A stretch of DNA of 64,000 bases from Neophaeotheca triangularis (taxonomy: Eukaryota), in assembly GCA_054600435.1 (NCBI GenBank), contig BAAIJX010000026.1:248001-312000 (forward strand), written 5' to 3'. Both the position numbers and the translations under genes were made by a program. The first letter of the stretch is position 1, and each line of letters opens with the position of its first letter. Shown here one piece after another: positions 1 to 13,200 of this stretch. The notes below the pieces were generated by a model, which ran no database searches, was not told where the DNA came from, and saw nothing but the letters and a program-made list of their open reading frames with translations.

Positions 1-574
1 GCAAAAGCGCGGTCGCAGCTCGGGTACTCAATATTGGCTGAACATGTGATATTCGAGTCACGTGGTCGATTGGCAAAGGTTAGACATGCATCTTGATCTA
101 GCCATTGCCCAGCAGCGACAACGTCAAATGACACAAAATCAACGAGGCAAAATTCAATGGTTTCCAACAGGGAGTAAAAGGTCTATGGGCTGTGGAATTA
201 TAAAACCGAGGCATGCAAGCATCCTGGGCACTCTCGGCCATCGACGCCTCTGCGAATAATGTCACAAGGATGCAAGGCTGCTTGCTACGCCACTCCGGCC
301 GCCTGGAGCCAAGCAGTGTCTAGAGTCGGCGGAGACATCCGTGCTGAAAGTGCATCTCATGGAGGTGCCGTTGCGTGCGTAGTACGCAGAAGCTTCCTAG
401 GCTTCGAGCATAAGCCACTTCTGCATCGTCGGCAGGTGACATGTCGGCAGCATGGAAGGCATCAATACTCCTTCTTGAGCAAAAGAAACAGCTGTCCGGC
501 AGCCCTTATACGGCGCCGCAAAGAGTCGTGTCGCAAGCGGAGATTATCCGACCTCAAGCTCTAGAGACCGTCGC

Positions 575-868
575 TCAGCCGGCACTGACAGGCGGGAGAA
601 TAGCAACCTCATCCCCTTCCTTGATCACCAAGCCATCATCCCCCTTCTCAGCCTCCTCTTGCACGTCTACATAGTCAAGATTGACCGTCACGGCGCAACT
701 TCTCAGCACCTTCTGCTTGATACCCGGATAGTTCGCCTCAAGCTCATCGAACAACTTGCCGACGGTCAAGCCCGTAGTGAAGAAGTCGTGGCCTTTCCCA
801 GTAAAGGATGAGGCCGAAGCGAAGTATAACACCGTGAAATGGGAAGTTGGTGCCCGCACCGACGCCAT
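575..868 (-). CDS. cnxG: Molybdopterin synthase small subunit (MoaD/ThiS ubiquitin-like sulfur carrier)
   Basis: 97 aa; N-terminal 'VLYFASA', 'AVTVNLDYV' and C-terminal 'GDEVAILPPVSAG' are typical of MoaD/MOCS2A. Confidence 0.9.
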   Translation of the reverse strand: MASVRAPTSHFTVLYFASASSFTGKGHDFFTTGLTVGKLFDELEANYPGIKQKVLRSCAVTVNLDYVDVQEEAEKGDDGLVIKEGDEVAILPPVSAG

Positions 869-1453
869 GGTTGCGCGTTGGACGTGATACTATTAGCGTT
901 CCCTGTTCTCGAGGCTGGTTAGCGAGCAGCTTTTGCAGTGTCGTGTGATTGTTGAAAGGTGGAGGTGTGAATAGTATCAGAAATACTCAAATGGTCTACA
1001 CTGAGCACCTTGGTGCTTCGGGTAATACATGCTATTTGTTCATCATGCGAGTGAAGGGAAGGGAGGGGAGTGGAAGTGTATTCGACTTACCCAGTGCTGA
1101 GCTTCCACAGCGTTCTCGAGCCTTACAAGGTCGTAACTGGCACAATGAAGGCTCTGGTCCGTGGCGTGTTTACGAGGACATGTGTGTAGGAAGTGGGAGT
1201 CGGCTCGAAAGGGAGTTCAAATTTCCTCAAGCTGATCCTGAGCACTTGGACCATCCACGTCTGAGCCTGCGCTATACCGCTTTGGGACCGTTGCGTTGCA
1301 CTTCACGCGACTTCACGTCGAATGTTTGCTATCCAGCTCAGCGAAAGTGTTCAAGGCATCCTTGACGGTACCCTCGGAATCAACTGGATCTTCTTCCTCG
1401 CCTCTCTCCAAACAACCTGTCTTGGAGATCCGGCAAATCGAACGCCACCCATC

Positions 1454-1984
1454 ATGGCCTCAACCAAACCCAGCCCTCGAACGTGGACTCTCCTCTTCAA
1501 AATCGGAAAGACCACCATTCTCCTGCACATCGACCCGCTGCAAAAGCTAAGCAGCATCAAAACCGACCTCCTCGCCACTGTAAACCAGACGCATCCCTCC
1601 GGTACCCTCAACTCTCTCCCTATCCCCTCAGACCCCGAAACAATCCGCTTCGCGCGAGCCATAGACGAAAACGACCTCTCCCTAGGCTTTGAACCGCTAG
1701 ACGCGCCCTTCGAGCCAGATGATCTCGATGCAGAGGCTGTTGACGGTCAGAGTAAAGGCAAGGGCAAGGGCCGGGGGAAAGCGAAGAATGGGCTTGCGGA
1801 CTGCCCACAGGGTGTTGGGTTGAAGGATGGTAGTATTGTGGCTTTTAAATTTGGGAATGGAGCATCGGCTGACGATGAAGATGAGGCTGTTGTTGTTGAA
1901 GGCGCGGAGGAGAAGTGGGATGTGGATCTGCCGACCATGGAGGCGGCGTACGGTGAGGGTGAGGAGGAGGACATGCCGGGTTGA
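1454..1984 (+). CDS. Hypothetical fungal protein (possible beta-grasp-like N-terminus, acidic tail)
   Basis: ATG at 1454 in good context (CCCATCATGG); 'WTLLFKIGKTTILLHIDPLQKLSSIKTDLL...DCPQGVGLKDGSIVAFKF'; C-rich start to G-rich end composition like the other real genes here. Confidence 0.7.
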   Translation: MASTKPSPRTWTLLFKIGKTTILLHIDPLQKLSSIKTDLLATVNQTHPSGTLNSLPIPSDPETIRFARAIDENDLSLGFEPLDAPFEPDDLDAEAVDGQSKGKGKGRGKAKNGLADCPQGVGLKDGSIVAFKFGNGASADDEDEAVVVEGAEEKWDVDLPTMEAAYGEGEEEDMPG

Positions 1985-3216
1985 GGGCAGGACTTCTTGT
2001 TCTTTGGGACGACCTCTTGCTGAAGTTGCTCAACTCGCCACCAAGCCGGCCAGACCATCTATGGCCCTTGGGTATGCTCCGAAAATGCGATAAATAAGCA
2101 TGGTTCAAAGTGGAGAGGAGTGATGCAGATTCCGACGTTGCTACCAGCCCTGGCTGTTACCGCGACTCTCCGCCCAGTGTTAACCGGTGTGAAGGCTTTG
2201 AGCTCCGGATGTGAAGACGAGAACTTAACAACAAGCTGTCCACTTCGCGAATTTGGCACCTTTCTCCATTGCTCATCGGACATGTAAAAGACGTTTTCTT
2301 CGGGCGGCCAGCAGTTCGATCAAAGCCACCTCCGGGGTCTCGACGAAGACGCATGATACCGTGCTCAAGCGTGGCGTTTGACAACACCGCTTCTCTGAAG
2401 TTTGCCCTGCAGGCCGGGGTTTTCACTGCGTCACAAACGTGGCCTGGGAAAAGGGCCGAACAAGGCAAAGTGTTGCTCCAATGCTTGCTGGGGCTTGCTA
2501 CTTTCGTGCCAAGGCGACGCCGCCCTCGCGATGGCGCTTTGTACGGCACCTACTACCATGACAATGTGTCATACCAAAGATTCAATCTGGTCTTTACAGA
2601 CAGGCTTGCGATCTACACTAGAGGATCGCTTGTAGAGCTGTGGCAATGGGCTTCGCATCATCAGAAGCAGTCTTGGACAAGACGACCGCCCCCATGTCTG
2701 CAGTCGTACAAAGCAAGCTTTGAACCTTCAGTACAAACATGATCAAACTCGCGTTACATTTCTCCTTCTTTCCTTTGAACGTACCACAAGCTTATGCTCT
2801 CACTTGCCGCTTCAAAGCTGAGGTATAGGTAAATGACAATTCTTGAATCACCCCCTTCTAATGTCAGAGTCTCCCGTTGAGTAGTGCTATCTGCTTTGCC
2901 AACTCGAAACTACCCAAGCCATTGCAATCACCTAGGTACAGAAATCAAGCCTCCGCAGAATCGCTCTCGGCACCTTTCAACACGCGAGACGATCTAGAGA
3001 TACGGTACGATTCCATTAGGGAGGCCCACACGCCAGTAAACTACCATCGGTTCACCGATCCCTCCATAAAGGAAGTGCCAGAAGTCCTCTTCCAGCAAAC
3101 GACCCAGCGCGTACTCAACAGCACCAACAGCACCAACACTACGCAGCCTCGAGAAGTCAACCCGCCCCAGGCAGATCAAAATCCACACCCCCCAAATCCA
3201 AACTCAAACCCAAAAC

Positions 3217-3537
3217 ATGCCAACAACAACCCACCTCTACACCTGCGGCCACACACACACGACCCAAAACCGGCCCTGTCCCTGCCTCCTCGCCCAACTA
3301 ACCCGCATCAACAACCCCTCGGCCTTTTCGCCGCACAACAGGAACTTCTTGCCCTTCGACTGGAACCACAACTTCTACATTCGGCCGTGCGAGCACTCCA
3401 GAATTTTTAGGTTGCGGCGGGAGTGCAGGGGGTGTTTGGAGAGGAGGGAGAGGGAGGCGAGGGAGTTATGGGGGAGGTATGGGGAGGGGTGGGTGAGGGG
3501 TGGAGTGGGTGGGGGGTATGGGTTTCGGTTGTGGTGA
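3217..3537 (+). CDS. Small Cys/His-containing hypothetical protein
   Basis: 106 aa; CAAAACATG context after a C/A-rich leader; 'YTCGH...C.C...C..C' pattern suggests metal binding; same compositional gradient as neighbouring genes. Confidence 0.5.
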   Translation: MPTTTHLYTCGHTHTTQNRPCPCLLAQLTRINNPSAFSPHNRNFLPFDWNHNFYIRPCEHSRIFRLRRECRGCLERREREARELWGRYGEGWVRGGVGGGYGFRLW

Positions 3538-3921
3538 TTTTCAGGGAGGGGCGAGGGGAGGCAGGTTGGGGCGCATAGTTTTGTTGGAGGCGTTGGAAAG
3601 CTGGGTAATTGTACTTGGAGCAGGGGGAACGCTGCTGGGTCTGGCAATGCAATTAACAAATCACCGCTTGAATGTGGCTTAAGCAGCGGAATGTACAAGC
3701 CGGTGAATCATTTCGTTAATTCCAGCGTTTCTTCTGGGACTTGGTGCCAGCGCTGCGGCAAAATCCAGGGGACGCTGGTGCGTAGCTGAAAAGCGGGGCG
3801 CCAGCCGTGCAGTGTACTAGCACTTCGACGCATCGACAGCATGCACGAAACTCCCCTAAGGCCCACCAAATACACACCCCTTTCCCATACACATCCCACA
3901 TACTCAGCCACCACCATCCGC

Positions 3922-6900
3922 TCACTCCACCCTCCAGGACTCAGGCGGCCCAAGATAGCTCTCCCTTATTCCCCCAAGGTCAACCCACGCAGTATTAAAA
4001 ACCAACCCCGGCTCCAGGGCCCAAACTTTCAAGACATGCTCCCCAAGGCCCTCGTAAGTGAAATTGCTAGTAGTCGTCCAGGCGTTGTTAGCAACAGCCG
4101 CTTCCCAGTCGACCGGGTTCTGTCCGTCAGGTTGGTCCTCGATATACTGCACCGTCTGGATTTCCTGGTCGTCGAGCTGGATAGCGTAGCTTAGAGGGCG
4201 ATCCGGGTAGGTGTTGAGGCTCGCAGTCGTGGCGATGGTGATGTGAATTGAATTGTTGGGGAGTAGAGACATTTCGGAGAAGGTGTAGAGGTTGTAGAGG
4301 AGAGCTGGACCGGTGGAGTCCTGGGAGGGTGCTGTGGCGGGGAGCAGGGTAATTCCTGACAGAGTACGTGAGAGGCCGGGGATGATTTCGTAGTGGACGT
4401 CCGAGGGCGAGTCGGTGATGCTTGAGTAGTGGGACATCTCTATCGAAATGTGGCTGTCACTTTCGACGAAGCCGTTGTTGAAGTCGGCTGGGAGTTGGGT
4501 GTTGTTGTAGTGGAGCCAGAGCTGGGGCATGTTGAATTGCGCGCCGTAGATCTCACCTTCGCTAAAGGCGGTCATGGTAAGAGGGTTGCTTGAAATGTTG
4601 ACTTGCACGATACCTGAGCCTTCCGGTGCTTGATCGAAGTCGAACGTCGCCCATATGCGAATGTCGGAGGAATTGCTGGGCGATAGTGTGCCTTCAGTTT
4701 GGGAGAACGACACAAACGAGGCATTAGCAGTAATGTTCCAGTGAAAGTCGTTGATTCCCACGCTGTAGATGTCGATCCAACGGCTGCTAGCTCCGTACGG
4801 GTCGAAAGGCGGCATGGTCAGGAAGTTTTGCCCGTTGGGATGGAACTGAGTGTCACCGGGAACGGTTGCATTGGAAGTGTCGATGCTGACGCCCATGTCA
4901 CCGGTCAAAGCTCGCTCGCTTGTAGCGACATACCGCAAACCTGGGATTCTTTGACGCATGGGTTGCTGCCAGTAGCCATCGTAGCCGAGGTGAGTTTGGT
5001 CCATCATGTGCTCCCATTTCCCGTCAAGAAGAGTATTGTACGTGTGTGAGAGCTCCTGATCGTGCTCAAACTGGTCCAAGACGTGCTGGGCTAGAGTGTT
5101 GGCGCTGCTGCGGCCTTGCATGGCGTACAAGTTGTTACGAGCCGAGGAGATCATGATGTCGTGGAAGACATAGCCGGCGGTCACTGCGTGGTAGACCATT
5201 TGGAAGAAAGATGGCTGGGTTTCCGCTGGCAGACCGTCCATGACTGCTTGAGCTGCCTCATGCATAGTCCGCCACTCTTGGAGCACACGGTCTCCTTCGT
5301 TGTAGTTTATGAGGCTGTAGGTGGTCTCGTCCACCAGCTCGAAATTGCGCCTACCGGTCAAAATCGAGTAGTTGCTCATGATTTCGGCGGTCCGCTCAGC
5401 GACATCAGGCCCGAATTCGCGGGACGCCCAAGCTTCGAGCCAGCCTGGCAAGCTGTTCGCGTCGAAGCTGTTGATGTCGTAGGCTAGGTCCATGAAATGG
5501 CTGATTGGCTCCTCCATTGGCTTCAAATCTCCGACGTTGACAATCCAGATACGACGGGCTTGCCTCTCATGAGCGAGACGCATCTGCTCGAAGGTCTTCT
5601 GCATGTTCACCGTGTTAATCCACTTGTAGCTCCTTGGGTCACCAACGTAATCGAAGTGATAGTAGACACCCGCACCCCCGGATCTATCGAGTTCGTCATC
5701 GACGGGGAGCCTGCGGTTGTTGCCAAAGTCTGCGGTTGTGTCAGCCACGTACCAGAAACGTTCCTGTCGAGAAACTCACTGTCATCGGCCCAAAGCAACG
5801 TTACGTGGTCTGGGACATCCATGCCGTCGTCGTAATACCCTTGGACTTCCTTGTAAAGACACCACATCTGCGGCACCTCCAACGGGTCACGCACGTTTTC
5901 TTCGCCAAAAACCTCACCAAGGATCTCAAATTGTGCGGCAGTAAGGCTTTCGAGCTGGCTTATGGCGTCTCCACCTTCGATCTCAGTGTCGTGATTGCCC
6001 CGCATGCCGACTGTGAAAAGCGTCTCAAAGTCAGCGGCACGCTCGGCACCCTCGACGAAGAAGGGGTAAATCGATTCGTTGTTTGTGTTCCATTGCCAGT
6101 CGCCATCGCCAAAGGTCGGCCACTCCTTGGTGGCTCGGGCCATAGGTTCCGTGTGCGAGGAGCCCATGACGATGCCAAACTCATGCGCGAGGGCTTGGTT
6201 GCGAGGATCGTCGACGTTGAACATACTGTTCCACATTGCTGGCCAGAGGTAGTTCGCTCGCAGACGGAGAAGAAGCTCGAAGACATGACGGTAGAAGTCT
6301 AGAGAGATGATTAGCTTGGTTGAAAGGCGTCGGCTAGCTCAGTTTACATACCAGAGTTATACCCGGGCCCCCAAGGTGAAGGTGGTTGCTTGGCGTTGAT
6401 GTAACCGGTCAAAGCTGGCGCTTCATCGTTGATAAAAAACCCACGGTAGTCCACCGATGGGCTGCGTTGGTGGACGACGCAGTCGGTGGCATAAACTTCG
6501 TGGTGCTTTTGGACCGGTGAGTCGGCAAACCAGTACCATGGACTAACCCCGATCTGCTCGGAGACAGAATACAAGCCGTAGACGGTTCCTCGACGGTCGG
6601 AACCAGCGATGACCATGGCTCGGTCAACACCGGGCACAGGACTTTCCACAAGTGCTGAAGCATAAGCCTCCCAACGTCCCTCAATGGCACTGGCGTCCAT
6701 CCTGCCGGAGCTTGCAATGTCGTCAATTAGCGAGGAACTGCCTACAGTGCCAGCAATGATGACACCGCCGCAGTTGTCTTGGATTTCACCTCCCATCTCG
6801 AAGGACGTCATGCCGGTAACGCTGAAGATCATGCTTGCATTACCTTCGGGTCCATCACCCACTAGAGTGACCGATCCGTTCATGCCTGTTACTCGTCCGA

Positions 6901-7081
6901 AATCTATGGCTAGGTCGTTGGCGACTCGCAGGGCAGCAGGGTAGTCGCTCCGGTCAACCATGATAGTGACGGCACAGTCGGAAGAGCCGAGCATCATTCC
7001 ATTGCCGTTGAAGTTGATGGTAGACTGCTGGCCAATGGCCAAAGCCGTAGAGGCAAAGATAGCTGTTGTCAGAAGCTTCAT
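3922..7081 (-). CDS. Secreted glycoside hydrolase family 115 (xylan alpha-1,2-glucuronidase)
   Basis: Exons 7081-6352, 6298-5780, 5729-3922 (GT-AG introns of 53 and 50 nt with CTAAT/CTGAC branch points), 1018 aa. Signal peptide; motifs 'GSDRRGT.YG', 'YRGFFINDEAPAL', 'NYLWPAMW', 'GSSHTEPM', 'WADDNFGN', 'YYHFDYVGDPRSYKW', 'NVGDLKPME'. Confidence 0.93.
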
Positions 7082-7764
7082 CTTTTCTCACGATAGTTTG
7101 CGTGAATAAGGAGCTGGAATTCCCATGGCATCACCTACCTATCTGTATACAGACTCATACTTATACTGCATTCGTTGTAGCCGTTCCATGAGCATACCGG
7201 GTGCGTCCAGGCTTGGCGATGCAGACAATGTTCAAGTCTGCATCTCACTCCGGCTAAAACGCGACAGCTGGATCATCAGGTAGAGAAAGCATTCTGTGCA
7301 TTGGCATGCGGGCAGTCGTCTCGATCAGGAAATGAAGCTCAGGTACTGATGCGTGGCATGGCTGCGCAAAGCATCGGCGGAATGGGTACCATATCAGCCG
7401 CTGGGCGGGTAGTGCAGTGCCACGACTACTGCATGTAGAGCCTGCTGATGGATATATCCACCAAATACATCGCTAGCGGGTAATAAGATGTGAGTATGAG
7501 TGTCCAGCAGGTGCAGCCGATTGCGGCGGGAAAGGAGGAGATGAGGAGGTGAGGTCTCGAGTCTGGAGATGAAGTCGTGGGGAAAGGCTCGGCGGCTGGG
7601 GGCCGGGCCTACGCCCGGGCTTGGTCTGATGACTTGGCGTACATAGAGATCAATTTAGCCGACGACTTTTCTCGACCACCTCAGCAGCCAACGTCAACGA
7701 CCGTGAACGACCAAGACAACAACATACCTTAGGCATACCAAGGTGCCGGCAACATCGCAACGTC

Positions 7765-8155
7765 ATGGCGCAAGGACTCCTCAAGAAAGGCAAGCCACCG
7801 GCGCCCAAACCGTACGTCACAAGCCAGTCCCAAGAAGCAGTCAAAAACCACCCGCTCTAACGGACCCCCTCCACCAGCTCCCAACGCAAGCAAAACGGGT
7901 CCAGAGTAATCAAACCCAAGAAAGAAGCTCTTAAGAAGCAGCAGAAAGCGAACCACGTAGGCCCATCAACCGGAGCCCCTCCCTTGCGTCCTTTGTATCT
8001 AACACCAATCCTAGAAACACACCTCAGGCCTCACAGCAATGACGGAAAAGCAGCTCGCCAGCCGTGCCGGACATTTAGAGATCTTACACGGAGGGGAAAA
8101 GGACAGTAAAGCACAGGATGCGGCTATGAAACACGCGCAAAAGATTAAGAAGTGA
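7765..8155 (+). CDS. Small basic DUF2462/UPF0390 family protein (not in the ORF track)
   Basis: Exons 7765-7811, 7878-7956, 8015-8155 (introns GTACGT...CTAAC...CAG and GTAGGC...CTAAC...TAG) give 88 aa '[10 protein letters not shown]...SRVIKPKK...[27 protein letters not shown]'. Confidence 0.85.
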
Positions 8156-9285
8156 AGCCTGATAGGTAGTGATGTCGGTATGGAAGCTACGAGGGTGGTT
8201 GAATTTTACAACCTCCGGCGGTGGAACATTTGCTGGATGGCTAGGCGGCCGGGATGTTGCGGGCCGGGGATATGGTTGCAACAAAGGCCGGACAGGTCGG
8301 GGCCCATGAGATACGAAGGCTGCTTTCGCTCTCGCTGGTGGGATCGTTCTGGCCACAGGTGGAAGTCAGTAACGGCCGATGAGCGGCAGATATTGCGCAC
8401 CACGGAGTGAAGACTGCGACTCTCAGGCCGCGAGCTGGTGTGATCGGAACGGGGAAATTCAGCGCTATGACTCGCATGGTCTTGATTGCCGTGAAGCAGA
8501 CGGGCCCACAGTACTGCGCAATAGCTGTCGGGGAATGGATACTACGGCCGGTGGTCTGAGTCAAGATGTTGAGATAGAAGGACGACTTCTATCAACGTGT
8601 GATTTGCTAATTCATACGTGCTGGCTTAATGAAGGAGAACGTTATTAGCGCGAATGTATAGACTTTTGCCAAACTTATCTCTTTCTACCCTTGGAGATGC
8701 ATCTGCCAAGGCATTCGTTCCTTAGCTGGCAAAGGAGCGACACGTGCGGCAACCAGAGCCCCATGGCGGGATTAACAACTCGCGCCGTCTACCTTCGTAC
8801 CGCCTGCTACAATAACCAGGCAAAACGCATTGAGCTTATAACTAGGGTCTGACTCGACAGCTAGCCGGGAATGTGGATTGAAGGCTTTACAATGCTTTTA
8901 GCTTTGCATTCCCGGCGCACTCCAAGGCTTTGAGAACCGAGGCACTCGACAACAAGAGAAAACGCAGTCTTGCCGCGAGATGTTTGCGGGTGGCGCTCTG
9001 CAAGTCGTGAGCTCGAGCCGTTGATGAGATGCAAGCCCTCGACTCGTCTTCCTCGCGCGCCGTCCGGGTTGATCGGTAACCGCAGACCTTAAAAATGCCC
9101 TAGGGTGTTCGGGAAAGTCTTGCGCAGCCGTCTTTGAGCGGGTGCCCATCCAATATATAGCGCATGCATTTTGTTTTGCTGCCGAAGCCGTGAGGGGACT
9201 GCGGTAAAACTGCGATGGTGCCATGGGTTCCTATGCCGGTGGACTGCCTTGTAGGCCATTGACTTGCCTTGGCGTCGTTCATGCC

Positions 9286-10095
9286 TCAACTGGTCAGCTT
9301 CCCTCCGCTTCCCAGTCCAACCGATCGAACCGACTCAGCACCCGCTTCAACCTTGCCCCTGCCCATAACTGTCCTTTTGACGGACTCAACGTAGCCCAAC
9401 TTCCTCCCTCTAGCATATCCAAGCGCATCCTGCAGCAACCCAAACCCCAGCCCAACCTTCGCACCCATCCGTGCCAATCTCGCAGCCGTAGGCACGGGAA
9501 AGCGATTCCACGCACTAAAAACACCCGCAGTCCCCAACCCAGCAAAAACACTACTCACAAAATCACGATTCCCATCCATCTCCCTCTCTCCAGCCCCCAA
9601 GGCAACCGGTCTCAAAACCATGTTCCCAAGCTCATCAATCTCCTCCCCCTCGCGCAAACCCTTGACATCCTTCCTCCAGACCCTGGCAGCCGCCGCACGT
9701 GCCCTGTCGACCCCTTCTTCCATCCCCACGTACAATCCAGCTATGGCAGCGAGTCTGAACCCCATCTTACAGCCTTCGTACAGCGAGCCGAGGGCGACGT
9801 GGTAGTTTTTGCTTTTGTGGTAGAGGTACCAGCCCGTTTGGGTGTCGGGCAAGCGGTGCGCATTCTCGGCGCGGAAGCGAAGGGAAGTTGTTGTGCCGCC
9901 GTGGAGAGCGCCTAGAGAGAAGCCGGAGACTGAGGCTAGGAGGGTGGTGACAGGGAGACGCATGGGAAGGGGCAGGGAGAGGCGGGCATTTTGCTTGGCT
10001 ACTTCCGAGGCGGCGAGGCGGGCTTCGTGGTCAGAGAGGTGGGGGGATAAGTAAGAGCTCTTGTAGGCTGCCACCGCTTCAGACGGGGTGGCCAT
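9286..10095 (-). CDS. Conserved fungal membrane protein (Gly-rich helices, Tim17/22/23-like)
   Basis: 269 aa from the ATG at 10095; motif 'RFRAENAHRLP...GWYLYHKSKNY' and several GxxxG hydrophobic helices. Confidence 0.75.
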   Translation of the reverse strand: MATPSEAVAAYKSSYLSPHLSDHEARLAASEVAKQNARLSLPLPMRLPVTTLLASVSGFSLGALHGGTTTSLRFRAENAHRLPDTQTGWYLYHKSKNYHVALGSLYEGCKMGFRLAAIAGLYVGMEEGVDRARAAAARVWRKDVKGLREGEEIDELGNMVLRPVALGAGEREMDGNRDFVSSVFAGLGTAGVFSAWNRFPVPTAARLARMGAKVGLGFGLLQDALGYARGRKLGYVESVKRTVMGRGKVEAGAESVRSVGLGSGGKLTS

Positions 10096-10287
10096 GATGG
10101 ACACGGTGGGTTAAGTGAAAGAGTATCATTAATCATGAAGGTAGATTGATATATGTGTACCAGTAGCTCGGCCATCTATTCGTCTCCGCATGGTCTGTGC
10201 AGTGAGATGCGACTTCCATCCCTAGTCTACCTCCTCTTGCGATGACAACGACAAGGCTGCCTACAACGCCTCACACAGCTGCCGACG

Positions 10288-13200
10288 ATGTTGCCAGTCC
10301 AACGGCGCGCCACCGACGCTGTCGTCAGGCAGAGTGGCCATGTGTGCCTCAGCTGTCGCCTCAAGACGCAGTATCAGCAACGCAGGCACCTGAGCCAGCA
10401 ATCGCCTGCCGACCCCGACGACGAGGAGCTAGACCCGTTCCGAGAGAACCTCCACGCGCATCGCCGCCACGAAGTGAGCGATCGCCCACAACCGCCTGTC
10501 CACAAATTTGCCGTCCCGACGTCTTCACGAGCTCTGTCCCTTCGCCCACAGAAGGCGAATTACAAAAGAACTATCAACACAGAAAAGACTACTGGACAAC
10601 CGGCCAAGTCAAGCCGTGCGGTCTTCATTCGAAAACACCCTGCATCTGGCGACACCATCGACGATAGGTGGTACAGAGAGCATCGCCGCTCAGCTGCGAA
10701 AGTTTTCAAATTACACAAATATGTGTCACCGCACGATGTCGTTCGAAGACTTTTCGAACGAAGGACGTCGGACGAAAGGCAAAGCGTGCAATTTCGCGGA
10801 ATACCTGGAATTCGCAGGCACACTCACCCAGGGGTGAGAATGGTCAACATACCGGAGGAGTTGGAAGCGGAAGCAAAGGCTGTGGACAAGGAGTTCAACG
10901 CGGTGCTCGAGAGCCACCTCGGCGGGGCTGATGCGATCAGGAGCATTTTCAATCTCGAGTCGAAAGTCGCCGTGGAAAAATACATTGCGCAATTGGAGAG
11001 GACCCTGGAAAGGGCTCTGAGAAAGCAAGGAGTAAAGCCCAATAAACTATTCTCGAGCCAGGACCATAGCCAACTAAAGAAGGTTAAGCTGGACCGGACG
11101 ATGAGTTGGTGCTTGTCTACGTTGCAAGACTTGTACAAAGTCAGAAGGGACATGCACGGCGAGCCCGAAGCGGAGGGGCCCTCATACGTTGCGCAGCGCA
11201 CGTCGAACCAGTCGAAGCGACAGATCGACGGTGCTACCATCGTCGAGGATCCCAGTCTCGAACACATTCAGTCAGACGCGCCTGGAATACGATTTCATCT
11301 TGCGTCGCAATCACCTGGGATTCGTAATAACCGACCATTTCCTGCTCCCTCTGGGGACGTAGATCGTCGGTTCACCAACTGTGTTGGCCGAGCTTCCTCA
11401 CAGCGTGTGCCCAGCCGAAAGCCAGAACCCCCGCCTTCGTCTCCTGCCAGCGCTTCTGCTTTTGCATGGCAGCGACCATCCTGGGCTCTATCGAGCGGTC
11501 AACAAACGCGCGCATTCAGCAGCACCAACTACCAGTACCGTACTACGGCAGCAGAGGCCTCCTACCTGTCCCCCTACGCACAACCTCCTCCCGACATGTC
11601 GTCGGACCCGAATTACAGTGCTCCTCGTCGAAAAGTCGAGAATCCAAGCGGCATCCGCGCGCAGCTCCGTAGATGGCAAGAAGCTAACGGTAAGGATGAG
11701 ACTCATACGACTCCATCGATTGACGTCGGAACCTCGGATGGGGTCACGGGAAACACCCTTACCCGCCTCACTGAAAACGATAACAGACGTCGGGACGCGG
11801 AGGATGACACGCAAGACCAGCAAGAAGCTATGATGGAGTTCACGAACGCAAAGGTTGACGAGCTCAGCGGCAACCAGCTCGATCCGCGATTTTTGAAGCA
11901 GGGAGACCTGTGCGAGATTGAGTTCCCGAAGACAGAAAGAGAAAGCATTCTCGCCATCTTCATACAACGTTTCCAAAATTTCGCTCAATTCTACACCATC
12001 CAGGGCCGCTGGATGCACATGGAGGAGAAGAAGATCCAGTATGCCGTTCCATCGGTAATAGGACCCGAGATGCTTGCTCCTTTGATAGAGCACCTGCCTA
12101 CGGAGGACCAATATGCGAACCGTGAGGCGCTAGAGCAGTTGGCCTATGTCGAAGACCTTTCCGTCCCAAGGAGGGTGTCCAAGCCGGTCATCGACCGCCT
12201 AGCGCAATTTCAACGCGAGAGTGATGAGATCTACCGGCGACATGCGAGCTCTTTAGACAGCGCACATGATTTGTTGGCTCACGATACCGATTTGAGATAT
12301 GGCAGCTTGTTGTCCACTGCCATGGTATTGTTACGCACAACTGCCGATAAAGTGTCTCCGGCTGCGCTTTTCACGGTTCGGAAGTCGTTGATGCGGGCAG
12401 GGTACGCTTTCAACATCGACCGCAGAAGCCACCGCGCTACTGGATACCTGCAGATACGGAGTAGAGATCAGGTCAGAATGGTGGAGTATGTTAGGAACTG
12501 GATTAGGGAATGGCAAGACGACCTTGCATTGACGTCTGGCAAGACCGAAGGTGCCAAAAAGAGGCACAAGAGCAATAGAGGCGCACAGATTGTGCAAGAC
12601 TTTATCGAGAAGAGTCGGAGCATCGTGCTGAAGAGTCGTGAGAACCGAGATCCTACACCGTTTGGCAACGTGGGACCAAGTAAGATAAAGCGGACAATTT
12701 CAGAAGACCAGTCCGCCGTCGAAATGACGGCAGAAGAAATTTTTACCAAAGAAGAATCGGAGCTGGTGAGATTTTTGGAGGCTTGGACATGCTCCAACAT
12801 GTTCTTGGGTCTTCCAAGGCTTGAGAGCTTGCCGCCGCTGATATTGCAAGCTACTGGATTATATAGAGAAGCGGGGTATGGTTTCATGCCATCCACTGGG
12901 TTTGTCTTCTTACAGGAGATAGGCACCATCCTGCCCTACGAGAATCGGATCCGCTTCGACCAACATCTTTTACTCCCCTCGAGCCAGCACTCTCGCCCTT
13001 TGCAGAAGCTAATGACGAAAATCCTCGCCATGCGTCAGAACCCAGACTTCAACGACAGCATGTCTGATTTGCGGCGTGACTGGGGTAACATGCCAGTCTT
13101 TTGCGTCGATGCCGCGGGTGCCCATGAGATCGACGACGGCATTTCACTAGAGCGTGCGGGCTTGGATCAAGCGACGGGTAAATTTATTTACTGGGTCCAC

